NCBI RefSeq assembly: GCF_009914755.1
Contig: NC_060938.1
From: the human T2T-CHM13v2.0 reference genome, Homo sapiens
DNA length: 64,000 bases
Reading direction: 5' to 3' (one strand)
Shown here: positions 13,801 through 26,923 of the stretch, in pieces
How the letters are laid out: each line of letters starts with the position of its first letter
Numbering within the stretch: the first letter of the stretch is position 1
Translations under genes and position numbers: made by a program
Notes under the pieces: model-generated
Told to the model about the DNA's origin: nothing
The model's input: the letters and a program-made list of their open reading frames with translations, nothing else
The model's database searches: none

Positions 13801-15109
13801 TCATATTTATTTTCTTACTGTAAAGAAAAAGAGAAGTGACTGAGATATTTTGCCTGTGAAGGTGCATGGATGTCTGGGCTAGTCACTGTAGTGGTTGGAG
13901 CAACAGTAATGAAGCCAAGGGTTTAGTCTGTCCTTAAACCTGTTAGCTTCAGTGTCTGGCCACAAATAATCCTCCTAATGTGACTTGCAAATGCCAAGCA
14001 TTGGTCCTGAGAACTGGTGGAGAAGTACAGATGGCTCAGTGTGTATCTATCACCCCCAGTGGAGAAGTAATACTGAGCACATGCTGATAGCTCATTCTCG
14101 GCATGGACAAATGGCTTCCTTTCTGGTTGTGTTGAAAGTCGAAGGTTTTTCTTATTATAAAAAGATGCTCTTTAAATTAATGTTTGCTTTTGCTCTGATG
14201 TGAGAAGAGGAAAAAAAAGTGTGAATTGCAAAGACCCTTTCCAGCTGAGATGAAACAAGAAAGATAGGCGACAAGCTGAGAGGGCATCTGTGGTTTCTGT
14301 TTGGCCACAGATCCTGGGGTAGCAGAAAGACACACTCATTCCATTACAGCGGTGATGGCGCAGATTCAGAAAGGAAATGCAGACCTCCAAGGTCATGGAC
14401 TTTCTCTGAGAAGAAAAAAGAGCTAATGAAGGAAGCCACAAAGAGATGGCAAGGGAACCAAGGCAGGAATGAGTCTGTCGATAGCAATTTCCATTGGCCT
14501 TTGTTATGCGCAAGACAAAGAGGCGACATCTAAGCCTGAGTCCTTCAAGGACAATCATAAACCAGCAGAGCTTTCCCAAACTTCTGCAGTAGGTTCACAG
14601 ATTAACTGGGTCAGTGTCTTATTTGCAACTCAGCTGGTGAATGATTGTGCTGCCCTTCAGACATTGTTTGACAGTTTGTTCTCTGTGCTTTGAGGAATCC
14701 ATGAAGACAATTGGTAAGTTGAAGAGTGCTAATCAGAGAATAGTTAGCGTCAGCTGAGAGCGGATCTCTTGGGAAGTCAGGCAGAGCCTGAGCCTCAGCC
14801 TGAGCAGGTCCATACATTTGATTTTGGTTTGTGTGTTCAGAGGTGAAGAGGCCCAAAGTACTGACTCACACTAGTCAAACTGACAAGACACAAATGCAAA
14901 AGCCTCAGTAACAATTCACTAATTTGGAGCAAGAAACATAACAGTCAACATACTATATCAGCTAATTAGCACGTTGGCTCTCTGGAGGGATAGAAAACTG
15001 AAAATGCCTATGAAGCAAGGTAGGTAAAGAAATGAATTGAGCAGGTGTGAGGTGAAAGGGAGTTGTTGGGAGTGGGCTGAACAGGGGACTCTATTCCCCT
15101 TCTAAAATA

Positions 15110-15306
15110 TGCAGCCAATATAATCTCCACCTAATTCTTGCTACTCAGGGTTTGATGTGGCCAGACCTTCTGATTTTTCAGAAGTTGGAGATTCAGATTT
15201 ATAGGAGTCATTTCCTGATTTATAAATATTAGCAACTAATTTATAAAAGTTTTAAAAATCATTGTGTAAGACAAACCTGCCAGAACATTTCTCATTTGCA
15301 ACCATG
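15110..15306. mobile_element. MER102-like hAT-Charlie fragment
   Basis: 'tgtggccagaccttctgatttttcagaag...agcaactaatt...tttgcaacc'. Confidence 0.6.
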
Positions 15307-15555
15307 AATTACAAACAAAAGGCTGCTTTGGGAGCCAATTTCAGGACAAGGTGGGGTAGTTGGTTGACTTCAGTGGTTACTGTCATCAAACCCACAGCCT
15401 GATGCATCTGCTTCCAATACTGAAGACACATCAGACAGGAAGGGCAGAAGCCGCCTCTTCAGCAGTCGCATTTGTCTCCAACCTCCTAGCTTTCATTAAA
15501 ACCACCAATCCCTCTGCTAGCACAGGTTCTTTGTTTACATTGTGGAGTTTGCTAA

Positions 15556-15866
<311 letters not shown>

Positions 15867-16146
15867 AAGCCTCCACCTTTCTATACATCTTCTGGGACTG
15901 CATTCTCACTCCCGAATTAAGTTTTACAAATCCTTTGGTTTTTCCTAAGGATCCTCCTAAAAACCCTGCATTGTGTCCACACAGAAACACAATCTTCTCC
16001 ATTAAGGATTGATTTTTCTTGTTTAATTTCCCAAAGGTAACAATGACAATATTATAATATATTCAAGAAATGTTTATTGAGCAGCCACATGGAACTATTT
16101 TTAACGTTGGATGTATTAGAAAACAAGCCAGAACTCAAGGAACTTC

Positions 16147-16453
16147 TTTTTTTTGTTGTTTTTTTTTAGACAAGGTCTGGCTCTATCACCCAGTCTGGAG
16201 TGCAGTGGCGTGATCTTGGCTCACTGCAACCTCTGCCTCCTGGGCTCAAGTGATCCTCCCACCTCAGCCTCCTGAGTAGCTGGGACTACAGGCACACACC
16301 ACCACACCCAGCTAATTTTTATGTTTTCTTTTGTATAGAAATGGGGTTTCACCATGTTGCCCAGGCTGGTCTCGAACTCGTGAGATCAAGCTATCTGCCT
16401 GCCTCAGCCTCCCAAAGTACTGGGATTACAGGCATGAGCCACTGTGCTCGGCT
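16147..16453 (-). mobile_element. AluJ
   Basis: gggctcaagtgatcctcccacc diagnostic. Confidence 0.93.
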
Positions 16454-16814
16454 GGAGCTTACTTTGTAATCATTGCTAACATTTATCAAGCTCTTCCAAT
16501 GTGCCAGGGTCTGTGTGAAACATTTTACGTAATTATTTAATATTCAGGCCAACTCTACAAAGTCAATATTATAATGATCTTTGTTTTATGGTTAAGAAAA
16601 CTGTGGTTATTCAAGATGAAGTGACCCCACCTCTGCTCTCCCAAGAGGCACCATGGTTCCCTATCTGTCAACCTCAGTATCTAACTAGGTAGTGATGACA
16701 CAGCTCCTTCCCACAGTGCTGCCGTAGGAGCAGCCTTACTGGATGGTAAGCGACTTTTTTCTGATGGAAATTCCACATATGTGTTGAAGATCTTTCAAAT
16801 TTATAACTTATTAA

Positions 16815-16996
16815 TAATTATTGAGACGCCATTTATTGAGTGCTTACTTTGTGCTAGCTTCCATGCTAAGTACTTTATATACTCTATCTAATGAGATCAA
16901 AGCTATCCTCAAAGCTATCATGTGAAAGAGATATTACTACCCCTTTTTAGAAGAAACTGGAGCTCAGAGAAGTCAAACTTGTCCAAGGTTACCCAA
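16815..16996 (-). mobile_element. MIR
   Basis: 'catttattgagtgcttactttgtgctag', 'gaaactggagctcagaga...cttgtccaaggttac'. Confidence 0.7.
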
Positions 16997-18334
16997 AGGG
17001 TCATTGCACATCCCTGCGGGGGAGGGACCTTGCGGTTCATGGTGTTAGGCAGTACATGGTCTATTCAGTCGGTCACACAGTTAAAACATGGTGGCTGTGA
17101 GAACTGCCCCAGGGCAAAATCAATGAGATTGGAATACAACTGAAGGGACTGATGGAGGGGAAGAAAACTGCCAAGGAAAGATTTCAGAGAAACCCCCTAA
17201 GAAGTGGGAGATGCCATCAGCATGTGGGAATAACCTCTCTGACATCATAATTTTGCCCATGGTCAATACTACCGGCTGGAAGGGCTGCCTCAGCTAATAA
17301 CCAGCCACAAATACAAACCGCTGGTTGCTTCACCTGCAAGGTCATTAGAGTCTTCCTGAACTGTTTGAATTGTTCACCTTCTTTGATCTGACTGACTTGA
17401 GAATAGAATGGACTTTCCTGATTGGTATTTTGACATCGTGTGAACAAGGTGAAATAAATAATTGGTTTTCAGATTCAGAAAGTCTAGGTCAAGATAGGGC
17501 TCTTTTCTTGAACAAGATGGGGAAAGAAGAGTCAGAAAGTTATGCACATGAGGCTTTCCCTGTTTATGGTGTGTCCTATTGTCCTAGCTGGGTTTGGGGA
17601 AGGAAGCATTTTCTTAAGGTTTAAAAATAAACAAGTAAGTAGGATGTTATCAAAAGCCATAAACTAAAAGATTCCCTGGAGAACAGCCAAACAGGATTCT
17701 TATCAAGGTGGGGCAGCCTTCCTGAGCAACTTGTCAAATCAGCAGCATGTCAGAACGGATGGCAAATGGAACAGGCAGCCTGGGAATTCTGAAATGTCAG
17801 ATCTGGAAGGTGCCTTAGGGACCAGCTAGTCCACTGCCTTTGTTTTATAAATGAAGAGAAAACTTAAGGACCATAGCGATAGAGAGACTTAATCCCAGGT
17901 CACACAGCTCATGATAAAAATTAGGGTGATGGTTTCCGGAAGCTTCTGCTCTAAGCCAGAACAACATTTCTGCTATCCTTCAGGGTTATTTGGTACTAAT
18001 TGGGGTTTTAAAATAAATAGTTGATTTATTAATGTTACAAATTCAGAAGCTTAGTTTTTCTCTAAACTTTTATGTTCTATATATGTCTTATATTTTTATT
18101 TATCAAATAATCCTATTTAACCCAGTCAATACAATTCTTTTAAATCTTTTAAACATTATTTATAAAGGTAATATATCCCTTTTTATTTTAAAAGCTTTTA
18201 AAATGTCTAAACAAAGTAGCAGTTTTCCCAAGTATTTAAACACAGCTAACAAATCTAATAAATCTAACAGGATTATCAGTGACTGTCAATCTCAAATGTT
18301 TCAGTAAAGTTGTAAAATTCTCTCTCTCTCTCTC

Positions 18335-18418
18335 TTTCTTTTTTCCCAAGACAGGGTCTCACTCTGTTACCCAGGCTGGAGTGCTGTGGCGTGATTACAA
18401 CTCACTACAGCCTCTACC
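18335..18418 (-). mobile_element. Alu 3' fragment
   Basis: 'agacagggtctcactctgttacccaggctggagtg' then truncates. Confidence 0.85.
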
Positions 18419-18561
18419 TTATTGCCTTATAAGCTTCTGAGGCAACACCCTGTTGTCCCCAGACAACTCGTCCACAGGTCACATACAACCAAACATGATG
18501 TCATCGTTCTTCCATGGAAAATCTTTTTAAAACAATGAGATTTCTGATATATATATATATA

Positions 18562-18858
18562 TTTTTTCCTTTTTTGAGAAAGGGTCTTGCTCTGACACCC
18601 AGGCTGGAGTACAGTGACATGATCATAGCTTACTGCAGCCTCAAACTCCTGGGCTCAAGAGATCTCCTCGCCTCAGCATCCCAAACAGCTAGAACTACAG
18701 GTGTGTGCTTCCGTGCCTGGCTAATTTTAAAATATTTTTGTAGAGACAGGGTCTCACTGTGTTTCCCAGGCTGATCTCAAACTTCTGGGCTGGAGTGATC
18801 CTCTTGCCTCTGCCTCCCTAAGCACTGGGATTACAGGTGTGAACTACTGCGCCTGGCC
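18562..18858 (-). mobile_element. AluJ
   Basis: Antisense Alu with J-type positions. Confidence 0.93.
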
Positions 18859-18937
18859 TGATATCTGATGTATCTTAACACTTCATATGAATATGAAGTT
18901 TGGAAGGCATACTTGGATGGCCCAAAATAAAATTTAT

Positions 18938-19258
18938 GGCTGGGCATGGTGGCTCATGCCTGTAATCCCAGCACTTTGGGAGGCCGGGGGCAGGGGCGGA
19001 TCACCTGAGGTCGGGAGTTTGTGACCAGCCTGGCCAACATGGTGAAACCTGGTGAAACCCTGTCTCTACTAAAAATACAAAAATACAAAAGTTAGCTAGG
19101 TGTGGTGGCGGGCACCTGTAACCCTAGCTACTCAGGAGGCTGAGGCAGGAGAGTCACTTGAACTCAGGAGGTGGAGGTTGCAGTGAAGATAGAGATCATG
19201 CCATTGCACTCCAGCCTGGGCATCAGAGCGAGACTCTGTCTCAAAAAAATAATAATAA
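18938..19258 (+). mobile_element. AluS with small internal duplications
   Basis: ggtgaaacct-ggtgaaaccc and aaaatacaa duplicated. Confidence 0.95.
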
Positions 19259-19442
19259 TGATACAAATTAAAAATTAAAAAATAAAAGTTATGTGATGTG
19301 CCTCCATTTGACTCTGGAAGTTCAATTTTACTTTTGAGGTTCTTAAAGAGCTTTGCAGTCACCCTTCAGAGAAGCAGAAACTCAAATATAACAGGAAGCC
19401 CAAGTGGCTTCTGGCCAGGAGTAACCTACCATACATGTACTA

Positions 19443-19977
<535 letters not shown>

Positions 19978-20333
19978 TTACTTTATATATATATGATGTG
20001 TGTATATATGTATATATATATGGTTATATCTTTCTAATTAAAAGAGATTAAACAGAAGATCCTTTAGGTACTTTTTCATGCAAATATTTAGCTGAACATG
20101 ACAAAATTTCTGAGGGTGTATAGTAGATCTTACAAACTTTTACTACTCCGGTAAAATCCAACCTGTAGAACCTGTAGACAGGGTTGTTTTAATCCATCAG
20201 TATGGGCCTGTAAAGTGTTTTTTTTTTAAAAAAGAAGAACCAACATTTAGGAGTGGATGGAAGACATAAATATACGGATTCTTGGTCATAGAAATACTTG
20301 ACTACAGAAGCCAATGTTCCCACATAGTAACAA

Positions 20334-21006
20334 TGATATAGGAGCTAGAAAGAAATTATTTGGGCAGGTAGTGAGGGTCAAAGAGCCCTCAGCAGAATTT
20401 CCCTTTTTAACAAAAAAGAAGCCCCCCAAATAATTTCCTTTCTGATAAAGAGCAGCCTGAAAGATGGAGCTGCAGACATAGATAAGCTGGAAGCTTGCAT
20501 GGGTGAATGTTGGCAGCTGTGCCAATAGAAAAAGGCCACCTGGGGGCGAGGTATGTTCAACATGGAGGCTCCATCTTCCCTTTTCTTTGTCACCACGTGT
20601 ACAGTAAAGAAACAGGCAACATGGCATTGGCCAGGCAGAGAGCCCATCTGCATAATAAAACATTAGGGTGTGGGGTGGCCAGATTTTCATGTCCTATGCA
20701 AATGGCACACCTAGCCCTAACCAGTTTTTTGTGCCCTATGCAAATGGCACAGCTGGTCCAACCAATCTTTCATGCCCTATGTAAATCAGACACCACCTCC
20801 TCGAGCTCATCTATAAAACCCCTTGCATTCCACTGCGGAAGCAGCAACCCACTTCCCCAGGACCTCTTTCTGCTGCAGAGAGTTCTCTTTCTTTCACCTA
20901 TTAAACCTCTGCTCTTAACCTCACTCCTTGTGTGTCCACGTCCTTGATTTCCTCAGCATGAGGCTGCAAACCTTGGGTATCACCCCAGACAAATGACATC
21001 ACTTCA
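20334..21006 (+). mobile_element. Solo ERV1 LTR, MER50-like
   Basis: tgatataggagctagaaagaaattattt...cacttca; perfect TSD acaa; TATAAAA at 20812; ATTAAA near 20900. Confidence 0.8.
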
Positions 21007-23142
21007 ACAAGGCTGGTGCTGGGTGGCAGCTGCCCCACTGGACGCACTCTCCAGTCCTTCCTAGTTCTTATTATTCTCTATTTTCTACCTGACATTGTAA
21101 ATTGCTGCTTATCATCACACTCACCTTGTTATTTTTCTTATAGAAGCATTAAGAGAAAGTAGCATAATCCTATCAAAAATGGAAAAAGACCAAAGGGGCT
21201 GTGTATTTCAGGAAGTAAGAGAGAGCATATTTCTATGTGAAAATAAAGGCCATTCCTATGTTTTTAACACACAGAGCTTTCTTAAACCCAGCCAGCTTCG
21301 TGCACTGACTTGGCCTCTGGGGTTCCTGTTGGCATGCGAATATGCCATCCCTGGGTAAACTATGCTTGGGGTTAAAACCTTTCCATTGGCTTCCTGACAA
21401 TAATGATTGTCAGCATGCTATAGCCTATGGCAATACTCGTGGCATAGAAGGTGAGTGAACTTTGCAAACTTCAGCAGCCACCCTTTTTAGTTTCTATTTC
21501 TTAAACTCCCTAAAGGACTAGAGTCAGCCTTCCTTTGTCACGAAACTTTCAAGCCAGTTGCACTAACTCCACTTCACACAAACATAATTGTCTTCTCTGC
21601 TAGCTTTTCCTTTTCCAATCTTCCTCGAAATAATTGGGTTATTGCACTAGAAGTGTTCCTGGTGAAGAGAGACTTAAAAGCTAATAGAGATATGTAATAC
21701 AGAAGACTCAGCATTCCCCTAGGAAATTACTGTGGAATATACTTGAAAGGGAAGATATTAAAACTAAGATAATGTTGAATGAGATTGAAAAGGAAACACT
21801 GTGATTGGGGAAGGGGAAAAGAAAGTAACTGGAGGGATTTCTTGATTTTAAAATTCATTCTATTAGAGTGATATTGTCAGTTTAGAGAAGGCCTTATTCT
21901 TAGCTTTTGATTAAAAGATCAGAAGAAGAAATGAATAGCTCAAACTTCAGTATGTGCAGAAATAGCATTATGGATCACTCATTGTAAAGGGACAAGAAAA
22001 TTAAGTGTTTTATTGCAGTGATGGAAATAGCGTTGAAAAATAGCACATTTTTCAGAAAATGAATCTGGTCTACCTAAATTCAGAGGTTTGAGAAGAATGA
22101 AAACATTACGTGCTAGAGAGTCACTGTGATATTCTTTGCTTTTACAGGACTGCTCTCTGGAGTGGGAACCTTATATAACCAATGCAATGAATAAAAAAAA
22201 AATTGACTTCTCAGGTGTAGCCCAAAGCAATGTATTGGTGGCCCCAATCCCAGCTCCGGGCTCAACTCTGCTCTGGGGAGCTACTTTCCTGACTCTTGGA
22301 TGAAATCTAGGGCAGGCCTCAAATTTTTTGGTTACTCTCAGATAAGAAAAAAAATCTGGTGATATCAAGTCACAAAATCAGTTGCATCTTAGCAGTTAGG
22401 ATTAAGTAGTCAAATCTCCAACTGTGTTTAGGTAAAGGTTCTCTTCTTCCTTAGCTCAGACCTGTTTCAAGAAAAATGATCTGTGATAATTAATTTTATG
22501 TATCAACTTGACTGGGCTAAGGGATGCCCAGCTATCTGGTAAAACATTATTTCTCAGTGTACCTGTGAGGATGTTACTGGAAGAGATTAGCATTTGAATC
22601 AGTAAACTGAGTAAAGAACACTGCCCTCACCAAGGCCAGTAGGCATTATCCAATCTTTTGAGGGCCTACATAGAACAAACAAGTAAGATAATTTTACTCT
22701 TTTTGGAGGAGGGAAGGGAAGGGGAGGGGAGGGGAACTTTGCTCTTTCTTTTTGAGCTGGGACATCCATCATACCCTGCTCTTGGACACTGGTGTTCTTG
22801 GGACTTTGGACTGGGACCTATACCCTTGGCTTTGCTGGTTCTCAGGCCTATGGGCTTTGGAACTACACTGCTGGCTTTCTTGGGCCTCCAGCTTGCAGCC
22901 TGCAGATTGTGGGACTTCTTGTCCTCCATAATCACGTGAGCCAAACCCTTATAATCTATATCTGTATCTAGTATGTGTCTATATATGTTTATAGGACATA
23001 TATATGTATACATAGGGTATATATGATATATATTAGATACATAAAGATATATAAAATTATTATAAGGTATTGGCTCATGGGATTATAAAGGCTGAGAAGT
23101 TTCATTACATATATATTTTACATATATATATATACACACACA

Positions 23143-23478
23143 CAGTCATGTCTCACATTATGATATATTGGTCAGTGACAGTGTGTAGTACAATGGTGGG
23201 TCCAAAAGATTATAATATGGTATTTTTACTGTACCTTTTCTATGTATAGATATACAAATACTTGCCATTGTGTTCCAGTTGCCCACAGTATTTAGTATAG
23301 TAACAGGCTGTACAGGTTTGTAGCCTAGGAGCAATAGGCTGTACTATATAGCCTGGGTGTACAGTAGGCTATACCATCTAGGTTTGTGTAAGTATAGTCT
23401 ATGATGTTCGCACAATGATGAAATTGCCTAATGATGCATTTCTCAGAACCAACCTCATCATTAAGTGACACATGGCTG
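23143..23478 (+). mobile_element. Tigger3a (Golem_A) non-autonomous DNA transposon
   Basis: cagtcatg...catggctg TIRs; internal 'gtacaggtttgtagcctaggagcaataggct'. Confidence 0.88.
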
Positions 23479-23488
23479 TGTGTGTGTA

Positions 23489-23528
<40 letters not shown>

Positions 23529-23562
23529 TCTATCTACCTACCTACCTACTTACCTATCTACT
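23477..23562. repeat. Compound (TG)/(TCTG)/(TCTA)/(CCTA) microsatellite
   Basis: Directly visible. Confidence 0.95.
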
Positions 23563-23775
23563 ACTGGTTCTCTTTCTCTGGAGAACTCTAACATATTACA
23601 GGAGCTAACTGAATTCTTCAAGATTCCTCAACTTAGCACTTACACTAATGCTCCCTATCCACCTTCCTCAGTGTGATAACCAAGTTTCTGACCATTTCAG
23701 GAAAAGCAGGGAAGAGAGGGGAGAGTGAAGATGTCAAGAGAGGTCTTACCTAACAAGTATGGACATGTCTAACAT

Positions 23776-26700
23776 CAGAGCCAGGATTAGGACATAAAAC
23801 TTAAGGGGCCCCCAAAACTGTAAACAAAATACATAACATTTTAATGCAAAATTTTAAAGAACTAAAATTAATGCAAAAATCCATGATGAGCAATATGTCA
23901 AAATTTTAAACAAAGACAGAATAAGTTGAAATTAATTTAAAAATTATTTTGCATTATTGCTTAGTCAAGAGAAATTGTCAAGCACAGCAATTCTCTCAAT
24001 TAAAAACGAGGTAAGTGAAGAAGTTGATTTTGAAAATATTGATAAGTTTGTGTTCATTAAGGCCAGTAAATTAAAATGATAACTCTATTTGGGATATAAA
24101 TAAAATATTTAAATTTAAAGTAATGTGGTTTCAATAACTTTGTAATTTTTTCATATTTTTCAACAGTGTTAATGTTCTGGAAAAAACATTAAAAACATAC
24201 ATTAAACATATATTACAAGCATACCTCATTTTATTGCCCTTTGCTTTATTGTGCTTTAAAGATACCATATTTTTTTTTTACAAATGGAAGGTTTGTAGCA
24301 ACCCCGCATCAAGCAAGTCTGTTGGTGCCATTTTTCCAATAGCGTGTGGTCACTTCATGTCTTTGGGTCACATTTCGGTAATTCTTGCAATATTTCAAAC
24401 TTTCAGATGATTATTATATCTGTTATGATGATCTGTGATAAGTGATCCTTGATGTTACTATTGCAATTGTTTTGGGGCTCCATGAACTGTACCCACAGAA
24501 GACCAGTGAACTTCATAAATGTGTGTGTTCTGATTGTCCCACTGACTGTTCCCCGAGACAACAACAATATTGAAATTAGGCCAGTTAATAACTCTACAGT
24601 GTCTTTTAAGAGCTCCAGAGAAAGGCAGAGTCACACATCTTTCACTCCAAATAATAAGCTAGGAGTTATTAAACTTAGTGAGAAAGGCAGGTTGAAAGCA
24701 GAGATTAGTGGAAAGCCAGGCCTCTTGCATCAGTTAGCCAAGTGGTAATCCATAGGAAAAGTTCTTGAAGGAAATTAAAAGTGCTACTTCCAGCGAACAC
24801 AATAAAACATCCTTACAGCTCATATGGAGGAAGTTTTAGTGGTCCAGATAGAAGATCAAATCAGCCACAACATTCCCTTAAGCCGAAGCCTCATCCAGAG
24901 TAAAGCTCTAACTCTCCTCAGTTCTATGAAACCTGAAAGAGGTGAGGAAGATGCAGAAGAAAAGTTTGAAGCTAGCAGGAGTGGGCTATGAGATTTAAGG
25001 AAAGAAGCTATCTCTATAACGTAAAAGTGCAAGGTGAAGCTGCAAATGCTGATGTTGAAGCTGCAGCAAGTTATCCAGAAGATCTAGCTAAGATCATTGA
25101 TGAAGATGGCCAAGCCTAAACAACAGATTTCCAGTGTAGATGAAACAGCCTTCTATTGGAAGAAGATGCCATCCAGGACTTTCATAGCTAGAGAGGGAAG
25201 TCAATAGTGGCTTCAAATCTTCAAGGGACAGGCTGACCCTTTTTAGGGGCTAATGCAGCTGGTGACTTAAAGTTGAAGCCAATGCTCACTTACCATTCCA
25301 AAAATTCTAGGGCCCTTAAAAATTATACTAAATCTCCTCCGCCTGTGCTCTAAAAATGGAACAACAAAGCCTGGATCTGTTTACAGCAGGGCTTACTGAA
25401 TATTTTAAGCCCACAATTGAAACCTACTGCACAGAAGAAAAGATTACTTTCTAAATATTACTGCTCATTGACAGCACACCTGGTCACCCAAGAGCTCTGA
25501 TGAAGATGTACAAGAAGTACAAGGCATGTTGTTTTCATGCCTGCTAACACAATATCCATTCTACAGCCTATGAGTCAAAGAGTAATTTTGATTTCCAAGT
25601 CTTATTCAAGAAATACATTTTATAAGGTTAATAGCTGCCAGAGATAGTGATTCCTCTGATGGATCTGGACAAAATAAATTGAAACCCTGCTGGAAAGGAT
25701 TCACCATTCTAGAAGCCATTAAGAACTTTCATGATTCATAGGAGGAGGTCAAAATATCAACATTAGCAGGAGTTGGAAAGAAGTTGATTCCAACCCACAT
25801 GGGTGACTTTGAGAGGCTGAAGACTTCAGTGGAGGGAGTCACTGCAAGTGTGGTGAAAATAGTAAGTGAATTAGAATTTGAAGTTGGGCCTGATGATAAT
25901 GATAGTGAATTGCTGCAATACCTCTGTCAAACTTGAATGGATAAGGAGTTGCTTCTCATGGATGAGCAAAGAAAGTGGTTTCTTGAGATGGAATCTACTC
26001 CTGGTGAAGATGCTGAGAACATTATTGAAATGACAACAAAAGATTTAGAATATTACATAAAATTAACTGATAAAGCAGCGGTAGGGTTTGAGAGAAATGA
26101 CCTTAATTTTGAAAGAAGTTCTTCTGTGAGTAAAATTCTATGAAATGGTATCATATGCTACAGGGAAATCTTCTGTGAAAGGAAAAGTCAATGAATGTGG
26201 CAAATTTCACTGTCTTATTTTAAGAAATTGCCATAGCCACCCCACCCTTCGGCAACCACTACACAAATCAGTCAGCAGCCATCAGTGTTGAGGCAAGACC
26301 CTCCAACAGCAAAAATATTATGACCCACTGAAGGCTCAGATGATTTATAACATTTCTTTAGCGTAAAGTATTTTTAAAATTAAAGTATATACATTGCTTT
26401 TTAGACATGAAGCTATTGCACACTTAGTAGACTAGTATAGTATACTAGTCTATTAAGATACTAGTATAGTATATACTTAGAATATACTGAGGCTAGTATA
26501 TTACATATATACATGAATAGACTAGCATATTACAGCATACTAGTCTATTAAGTATAAACATAAACATAACTTTTACATGCACTGGGAAACCAAAAACTGT
26601 AGGTGACTTGCTTTATTGCACTATTTGCTCTACTGATGTGGCTGAAACTGAACCTGCAATCGTTTAGAGGTGTGCCTGTGTATAGGACATACATTTTTTT

Positions 26701-26923
26701 CTTTTGCCTCAGGTTCCATTATGGATTGGTGCAGCACCATTATTGATCCTACCTTTATTTAACATTTTGATATTTTGTTCATCATGGATGTTTTTACCTT
26801 AATTTTAATTTTTAAAATATTGTGTCAAAATATTATTTATCTTGATTATTGACTTTTTTCGTATCCTCTTAAATTTTGTGCTCACCTGAACTGCTTCATT
26901 CCCTTGCTCTAATCCCAGCCATG
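23776..26923 (+). mobile_element. hAT (Tip100-type, MER96B-like termini) element hosting Tigger1
   Basis: Long imperfect terminal inverted arms (about 23776-23920 vs 26745-26923); 23923-24079 encodes a decayed hAT C-terminal dimerisation-like peptide KLKLI/KNYF...SQEKLSSTAILSIKNEVSEEVDFENIDKF..IKASK*. Confidence 0.65.
24216..26678 (+). mobile_element. Full-length Tigger1 (pogo-like), transposase decayed
   Basis: TA|caagcatacctc ... gaggtgtgcctg TIRs; VDETAFYWKKMP (about 25136), LLLIDSTPGHP, LQPM motifs; many stops and frameshifts. Confidence 0.95.

Larger units (their letters stand above)
22482..23600 (+). mobile_element. MLT2B-type ERVL LTR interrupted by microsatellites and Tigger3a
   Basis: tgtgataattaattttatgtatcaacttgactgggctaagggatgccc ... 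ggttctctttctctggagaactcta. Confidence 0.88.

Noticed and set aside
25937-26143. 68-aa [23 protein letters not shown]
   Set aside because: Standard Tigger1 downstream ORF remnant, not a host gene
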